In this document: piece after piece, positions 58,926 through 64,000 of the stretch | Numbering within the stretch: position 1 is the first letter of the stretch | Layout: the number at the start of each line of letters is the position of its first letter | Made by a program: the position numbers and the translations under genes | Origin: Candidatus Shapirobacteria bacterium | GTDB taxonomy: Bacteria > Patescibacteriota > Microgenomatia > UBA12405 | Direction: 5' to 3' | Assembly: GCA_022837635.1 (NCBI GenBank) | Contig: JALHFY010000002.1 | Location: forward strand, 5,055 to 69,054 | Length of the DNA: 64,000 bases | The notes under the pieces: generated by a model | Seen by the model: the letters and a program-made list of their open reading frames with translations, nothing else | What the model was told of the DNA's origin: nothing | Database searches by the model: none

Positions 58926-59708
58926 ATGGAAGTGTATTTTAAACAACCGAATTTCTGTCTTTATAAAGGTGATTGTGTACAGGTGTTAAAAAAAATTAAA
59001 AACAATTCGGTTGATATGATATTTGCCGATCCTCCTTACTTTTTATCAAACGGTACCTTTACTTGTAAAAATGGGAAAATGGTTAGTGTCAAAAAAGGTG
59101 AATGGGATATGGGAAAAAGTTTAAAAGAAAATTTAAAATTTCATACCAAGTGGATAAAAGAATGTAAAAGAGTATTAAAACCTGAAGGTACCATATGGAT
59201 TAGCGGAACTTACCATTCAATATATCAATGTGGTTTTGCTTTACAAAAAAATGATTATAAAATTTTAAATGAAATAGTTTGGTATAAACCTAATGCTTCA
59301 CCGAATTTAAGTTGTCGATTTTTTACAGCCAGCCATGAGACTTTGATTTGGGCTCGGAAAGACAAAAAAGCTAAACATACTTTCAATTATGATGTGGTTA
59401 AAAATAATGATTGGCCCAAAGACTTTTTGAAAAAGAAAGGTTTTCAAATGAGATCAGTTTGGGCTATTTATACCCCAAGAAAAGAAGAAAAAGTTTTTGG
59501 AAAACATCCAACCCAAAAATCACTCGAACTGCTCAATAGAATCATCCTGTCGAGTACAAAAAAAGGAGATATTGTTTTGGATCCATTTACAGGAAGCTCA
59601 ACCACTGGTATTGCAGCCATAACAAATGATCGGCAATTTTTAGGGATAGACACTGAAAAGGAATATTTAGATTTGTCAATAAAAAGATACAAAGCTTTGA
59701 TAAAATAA
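58926..59708 (+). CDS. beta-class N6-adenine/N4-cytosine DNA methyltransferase (DpnA/MboIC-like)
   Basis: Motif IV FADPPYF near the N-terminus and motif I VLDPFTGSSTTG near the C-terminus (beta permutation). Confidence 0.8.
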   Translation: MEVYFKQPNFCLYKGDCVQVLKKIKNNSVDMIFADPPYFLSNGTFTCKNGKMVSVKKGEWDMGKSLKENLKFHTKWIKECKRVLKPEGTIWISGTYHSIYQCGFALQKNDYKILNEIVWYKPNASPNLSCRFFTASHETLIWARKDKKAKHTFNYDVVKNNDWPKDFLKKKGFQMRSVWAIYTPRKEEKVFGKHPTQKSLELLNRIILSSTKKGDIVLDPFTGSSTTGIAAITNDRQFLGIDTEKEYLDLSIKRYKALIK

Positions 59709-59712
59709 AGAC

Positions 59713-60252
59713 ATGATACAAGGTGGTGTTGGTGGAGCTAACACAAAAACAGGCTTATATTATGAAGGTAAGGTGGATCTGCTGACATTTATAGCTTCTA
59801 AAAAAGGTTATTCTATAAAGGATAATATTGTTTATTTTCACGGGAAAGAAGTTGCTCAAACATTTAAGAAACATGCTCTCTATACATACTTGGCTAAACG
59901 AGGAATAAATTATAAAGATTACATATCAAAAAAATTATTACCAGATGATTCGATTTTTGTAATAGTCAAAAATACTTTATTTATCATAGAAGTGAAGTTT
60001 CAAAGAGTAGCAGGTTCTACGGATGAAAAACTACAAACTTGTGATTTTAAAATCAAACAGTACAGAAAACTATTATCAAGATTAAATATAGAAGTAAAGT
60101 TTATTTATATTCTCAACAGAGAATGGTTTGATAAACCGGTGTATAAAGATGTACTTGATTACATTGTTTCGATAGATGGTTGTCGGTATTATTTTGACTA
60201 TCTGCCATTACATGAACTTGGTTTACCAGTACCTGATGGTGAAAATGACTAA
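59713..60252 (+). CDS. putative PD-(D/E)xK restriction endonuclease (small)
   Basis: LPDD...IIEVKFQ resembles the PD-(D/E)xK motif; positioned between two MTase genes; start 5 nt after the MTase stop. Confidence 0.4.
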   Translation: MIQGGVGGANTKTGLYYEGKVDLLTFIASKKGYSIKDNIVYFHGKEVAQTFKKHALYTYLAKRGINYKDYISKKLLPDDSIFVIVKNTLFIIEVKFQRVAGSTDEKLQTCDFKIKQYRKLLSRLNIEVKFIYILNREWFDKPVYKDVLDYIVSIDGCRYYFDYLPLHELGLPVPDGEND

Positions 60253-61100
60253 TAGCTGGTAATAATTAGTTCTTTGATTTTTCCTCTTTTCTCTCCTTTG
60301 CTATTAATTGAACGAGCTGAGTATACTTCATGAATATTAAACGGCTGATACAGCTTTCTAATGAAATCTGTATTGGAATTACTTAACATAACAAAACATC
60401 CTTTTTGGTGTAGTTGTTTAAAAGTTTCTGATAATTTTATTTGTTCCTTGAAAGTAAAATTATTTTTTGAGTAATTGGTAAAGTTGGCGGTGGTGTTTAA
60501 TGGATAATAAGGAGGATCGAAATAAATAAAATCACTTTTTTTACAAGTTTTTATTGATTCCTCAAAAGAAGTACTAGTAATATGAGTATCGTGTAAGGTG
60601 TGGGATACGGCTTGAATATTACCTACGTCGCAAATGGTTGGGTTGGGTTGATCGCCAAAGGGAATATTATATTCACCTTTGGAATTTTCACGATACATTC
60701 CGTTAAAACAAGTTTTGTTAAGGAAAATAAGATAGGCGCAGTAAGTTAAATTGTCTAATGAATTTTGATTATATTCTTGGCGAATTTGATAAAAATATTT
60801 TTTTTGATTATCTAAATTAAGTTTTTTGTATTCCTTTTCTATATTTTTTAGAAGTTTGATCAAGGAATCAGGATCCTGCTTGATAATTTCATAACAGTTC
60901 ATCAGTTTTTTATTAATATCATTGATATAAGAATGATTTGTGATGAGTTTTTTATTAGACAATTCAAAGAATAAGGCTCCCCCTCCCATAAATGGTTCGT
61001 AATAATTATTGATTTTGTTAGGGATCAGTTTCGAAATCTCCGGGATGAGTTTACTTTTTCCTCCAACCCATTTAACGAATGGTTTTGCTGGTTTTGTCAT
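60249..61100 (-). CDS. Dam-family (alpha-class, D12) N6-adenine DNA methyltransferase, probably GATC-specific
   Basis: VKWVGGKSKLIPEI, YYEPFMGGGALFF (motif I), DPPYYPL (motif IV); collinear with E. coli Dam/DpnM. Confidence 0.85.
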   Translation of the reverse strand: MTKPAKPFVKWVGGKSKLIPEISKLIPNKINNYYEPFMGGGALFFELSNKKLITNHSYINDINKKLMNCYEIIKQDPDSLIKLLKNIEKEYKKLNLDNQKKYFYQIRQEYNQNSLDNLTYCAYLIFLNKTCFNGMYRENSKGEYNIPFGDQPNPTICDVGNIQAVSHTLHDTHITSTSFEESIKTCKKSDFIYFDPPYYPLNTTANFTNYSKNNFTFKEQIKLSETFKQLHQKGCFVMLSNSNTDFIRKLYQPFNIHEVYSARSINSKGEKRGKIKELIITSY

Positions 61101-61154
61101 GAATTAGTTATTATAACTTTTTACTAAAGGAAGTTATACTTAGTCATTAATAAA

Positions 61155-61817
61155 ATGAAGCAAAAAGAGTTGGAGAAAATACAGGCGGAATATAAGAGGA
61201 TTTTTGGAAATGTATGGGAGAAAGGTGGGGGTTGGGGGTATAGATACAAACATGGCGTCAGGGTGATGCGATATTGTCAAAAAATTGTCAAATATAATCG
61301 TTTTAAGAAAGAAAAATTGGATATAGAGGCGCTGTTGGTGGCGGCCTTGTTTCATGATATCGGCAAAATCAGGGCGGTGAACAAAAACAGAGAATTGGTA
61401 TATGGTAATTATGGCGGAGAAACACATGAGGCTTTAGGAGCAAAATTGGCGCCAAAATATTTGAGGAAATTTGTTAAAGATAAAAATAAATTGGAGTTGA
61501 TTTCACTGTTTATTGCCGAACAAGAACCAGAAAAAAGTGAAATCAGGACCGAATCAAAAATTATTAAAGACGCCGATAGATTGGATCATTTCGGAGTTAT
61601 TCATTTGTTGGTATCGGCGGTATATGCCAATTACAACCGTAAAAATATTGAGGGATTACGGGAATTTTGGGAGGGAGAGGAAGGTAAGAAAAAATATTTG
61701 AGAAATTTTGAAAAATTTAATTTTCCGGAGGTAAAAAAGGTGGCGATGAAGAGATTTGCTAATTTAAGTCGGGCGACGGAGCTAATTTTTGAAGAGGATG
61801 AAGGGAGAGATCTTTAG
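61155..61817 (+). CDS. HD-domain phosphohydrolase
   Basis: ...ALLVAALFHDIGK... HD motif, ...DADRLDHFG... Confidence 0.7.
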   Translation: MKQKELEKIQAEYKRIFGNVWEKGGGWGYRYKHGVRVMRYCQKIVKYNRFKKEKLDIEALLVAALFHDIGKIRAVNKNRELVYGNYGGETHEALGAKLAPKYLRKFVKDKNKLELISLFIAEQEPEKSEIRTESKIIKDADRLDHFGVIHLLVSAVYANYNRKNIEGLREFWEGEEGKKKYLRNFEKFNFPEVKKVAMKRFANLSRATELIFEEDEGRDL

Positions 61818-62332
61818 GAATTGTTAGGGTGGAGTTGGTGGTATTTTTTTAGGGCCGTGGTAAAGAGCTGATCACCGGTTTTGCCCCAGCGCAGATATTT
61901 AGGTAAATCCGCGGGATCGATAAAGATTCTTTGATGAATCTGACCACTTTCCGGATCGATTTGTGGTTTGAGAATTTTTTTAATATCGGCGATGTAAAAC
62001 ATTTGAATGAACCACGGTTGTTGACTATTGGCTTTTTGGACTTTGAAACCACCAACCAGCTGAGGATTTTGAAGTAAAACATTGGCTTCTTCTTCAATTT
62101 CTCGATGTAAAGTTTCTAGAAATGTTTCTGTAGACTTGGGGCTACCACCAGGAAATCTAAGTTCTCCATTTTCTCTGATGATCATAACTTGGCCGGTGTG
62201 GTCAAAACAAATACCACTGACAAGTGTCTTTTTGGATTTTTGTAAATCCGGATCTGATTCGTTGAGCCATTGGTAATAATAATCTTCCCCTCTCCAGTTG
62301 ACAATGATGAAATTATTTTTGATAGTGGACAT
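61814..62332 (-). CDS. NUDIX hydrolase
   Basis: Nudix box GGSPKSTETFLETLHREIEEEANV; overlaps the HD gene end by 4 nt. Confidence 0.7.
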   Translation of the reverse strand: MSTIKNNFIIVNWRGEDYYYQWLNESDPDLQKSKKTLVSGICFDHTGQVMIIRENGELRFPGGSPKSTETFLETLHREIEEEANVLLQNPQLVGGFKVQKANSQQPWFIQMFYIADIKKILKPQIDPESGQIHQRIFIDPADLPKYLRWGKTGDQLFTTALKKYHQLHPNNS

Positions 62333-62444
62333 AATGATATTTTACTAGGAAGATTGTGGGTTTTGTGAAATCAGTCTATAATTCGGTAGAGATGATGAGG
62401 TGGTGGAAGTTGGGGAAAGAATTTTATACTGTAAAAGAAACGGG

Positions 62445-63152
62445 TTAGAACTCATCACCATAGCTGTGTAGTAATTCATAAAATGGCACATTGTTTATCG
62501 CCATATTCATTTCCAGTTCGAAACTTTTGTAAGTCTTTTCATTTTTCATGACGTAATCCATGGTTTGCCAGCTGTTTCTGCCACCCTCGTACTCTTCCAT
62601 TAATTTTCCTGATGATTTGTCACAAAACATCAAATGAAAAATCTTATCTTCAATTATCTCGTGAGTCTTTTCGTGTAAAACTCGTTCGTGAAAAACGCCA
62701 CGATGCTCAAAAATTCCTTTAAGCCCCGTCTCTTCTATCAGTTCGCGACTAGCGGCGGCAGGAATTGATTCGCCCCAACGAATTTTGCCAGTTGGCGCGC
62801 CACAAAATCCATAATATGGATGCTTAAGTCGTTGCTGAATTAAGTAGTGTTTTTTGCCGTTAATTTCTTTTTCGACCACCAACATAACGGAAACTTTCGG
62901 CTGTCTTTCAATCACGCCTGCGTCAGTGTCAAGTTTGTTGGCATATTCGCGACCTTTGATTGACAATTGGTATTTGCCGGATGTTGTTTTATCAACGTAG
63001 CCTGTTTGAACTAATCGTTTGATGTGAAATTTGGCGTGGTCGCTTTCTAGTCCGGTGATTTTTTGTAAATTAGTAAAACTGGTAGCGGGCAAGAATAATA
63101 ATTCTCGCAAAATTTTGGTTTGGGCTTGATGAATTTCACCTTCAAATGCCAT
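62445..63152 (-). CDS. winged-HTH + NUDIX hydrolase fusion protein (paralog B)
   Basis: N-terminal wHTH (ILRELLFLPATSFTNLQKI...HIKRLVQTGYV); Nudix box GKIRWGESIPAAASRELIEETGL. Alignable over its full length with the 55151 gene. Confidence 0.65.
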   Translation of the reverse strand: MAFEGEIHQAQTKILRELLFLPATSFTNLQKITGLESDHAKFHIKRLVQTGYVDKTTSGKYQLSIKGREYANKLDTDAGVIERQPKVSVMLVVEKEINGKKHYLIQQRLKHPYYGFCGAPTGKIRWGESIPAAASRELIEETGLKGIFEHRGVFHERVLHEKTHEIIEDKIFHLMFCDKSSGKLMEEYEGGRNSWQTMDYVMKNEKTYKSFELEMNMAINNVPFYELLHSYGDEF

Positions 63153-63210
63153 ATTTCCTCCTAATTAACTTTATAAAAAGCAGTATAATCCATATAAAAC
63201 GAAAGTCTAG

Positions 63211-63224
63211 GGAAGTCAACTTCC
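63211..63224. promoter_or_regulatory. palindromic operator copy (GGAAGTCAACTTCC) upstream of wHTH-NUDIX paralog B
   Basis: 22 of 25 nt identical to the element at 55091-55115 (GAAAGTCTAG[T/G][A/G]AAGTC[G/A]ACTTC); minus-strand -10 TATACT nearby. Confidence 0.4.
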
Positions 63225-63285
63225 GTAAATGGATAAATCCATTAAAACTGACTAAGTTTAGTAATCCAGTTCTCAGAGAGAAGAT

Positions 63286-63680
63286 GAAAAGGTTTTTTAA
63301 GGAGGAAGGTAAAACAAATTCCTGTTCATCCGGAAACTCCATTTAGTTTGGTGCAAATAGAAGGGGGATATGCGGATAATATTGTGCCCGATAGAGCCAG
63401 TGCGTTTTTTGATTTGAAACCATCACCAAATGGCAAAAATGATTATTCACAAATCTTTAATCAAGTTTTAAATCAAAAAAATGTCAAAGTTGAAGTGTTA
63501 ATGTCGGTGCCAGCGGTGAGTTTTTCAATCCCTAAGGAATTCGAGTTTTTAGGTGAAGGACAAGGAGTCAAATATTTTACAGAGCTGTCGTTTTGTAAAA
63601 ATGGACTAGTGTTGGGACCGGATGAAAAAATTAAAAAGACAGAATTGGAAAAAGCGGTCGATGTTGTTAAGTATTTTTAA
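63286..63680 (+). pseudogene. C-terminal remnant of an M20-family peptidase
   Basis: ...VQIEGGYADNIVPDRASAFFDLKP... matches the M20 dimerisation-domain motif (I/V)xxGGxxxNV(I/V)PD, but the frame opens only about 20 codons upstream (stop), so the catalytic domain is missing. Confidence 0.4.
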
Positions 63681-64000
63681 TTAACCATTGTCCAAGTTGA
63701 TCCCAAGCGTCTCCCCAAACTTCAACTTGTTCCGGAGTGCTTAGTTCAGCTAGTGTTTTTTTCTTACTAGGAACGTAGAAAATTAAATCATAATTCATGC
63801 CGTTAGTACCTCTTTTCTCTTGAATAATCTGTCCATAACCTCTTGAACTAAATATTTTTATATTGGTACCGTCAGTGTACCCAATGGTACGTTGAACATA
63901 AGCAATATTTTTATTATTAGCTATCCCTTTAACCAATCTCATTAATCCGTCCTCACCAATCGTTTTTATAGCGTATTTAGTATAAGGACCAGGAAAACCA
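63667..64000 (-). CDS. hypothetical protein, 5'-partial (continues beyond window end)
   Basis: The frame stays open from the window edge through ...GFPGPYTKYAIKTIGEDGLMRLVKGIANNKN...; no family recognised. Confidence 0.3.
   Translation of the reverse strand, partial: GFPGPYTKYAIKTIGEDGLMRLVKGIANNKNIAYVQRTIGYTDGTNIKIFSSRGYGQIIQEKRGTNGMNYDLIFYVPSKKKTLAELSTPEQVEVWGDAWDQLGQWLIKNT

Noticed and set aside
63146-63346. 66-aa ORFs on both strands across the wHTH-NUDIX paralog B promoter
   Set aside because: They span the operator/promoter region, are low-complexity and AT-rich, and are more likely non-coding.

Overview
This 64-kb window reads like a low-GC, gene-dense stretch of a small bacterial genome, probably a CPR/Patescibacteria-like organism. 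That assignment is inferred from compact genes, archaeal-type TIM and TyrRS, abundant membrane glycosyltransferases and a split transketolase. The first ~49 kb is mainly housekeeping: smpB next to a tmRNA gene on the opposite strand, comF, an SPFH protein, archaeal-type tpiA, a solute-binding protein, a ZIP transporter, RNase HI, VanW, folD, map, sod, a cell-envelope block (CapA-like, PEGA lipoprotein, GT4 MraY/WecA-family, GT39-like, GT2, two tandem class-A PBPs), a tktN-tktC-fba-PfkB-kinase operon, an ECF-type sigma factor, tRNA-Cys, ppdK, groES-groEL with a CIRCE-like operator, eno, gpm, a T-box leader in front of an M20-peptidase/archaeal-type tyrS operon, gmk-like, valS and an ABC exporter. 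An IS200/IS605-type Y1 (RAYT-like) transposase at 9.7-10.2 kb carries a perfect 28-bp GC-rich palindrome inside its reading frame. From ~49.9 kb to the window end the content turns accessory. A small GIY-YIG gene sits between a tRNA-Ser(GGA) gene and a duplicated 5' fragment of that tRNA. Downstream lie a GmrSD-like (DUF262/DUF1524) type IV restriction protein, tRNA-Arg, trxA, a CsoR-family repressor with a G/C-tract palindromic operator beside a YibE/F membrane protein, and five NUDIX hydrolases. Two of the NUDIX genes are paralogous wHTH-NUDIX fusions, each preceded by the same palindromic operator. The island also holds a NUDIX/histidine-phosphatase operon, an HD hydrolase, an HTH-Panacea antitoxin overlapping a small uncharacterised toxin candidate with upstream operator palindromes, and an AT-rich three-gene GATC-type RM-like module (beta-class MTase, small PD-(D/E)xK nuclease, Dam-like MTase). 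No CRISPR array and no rRNA were seen. All calls are by-eye motif and homology recognition without tools.
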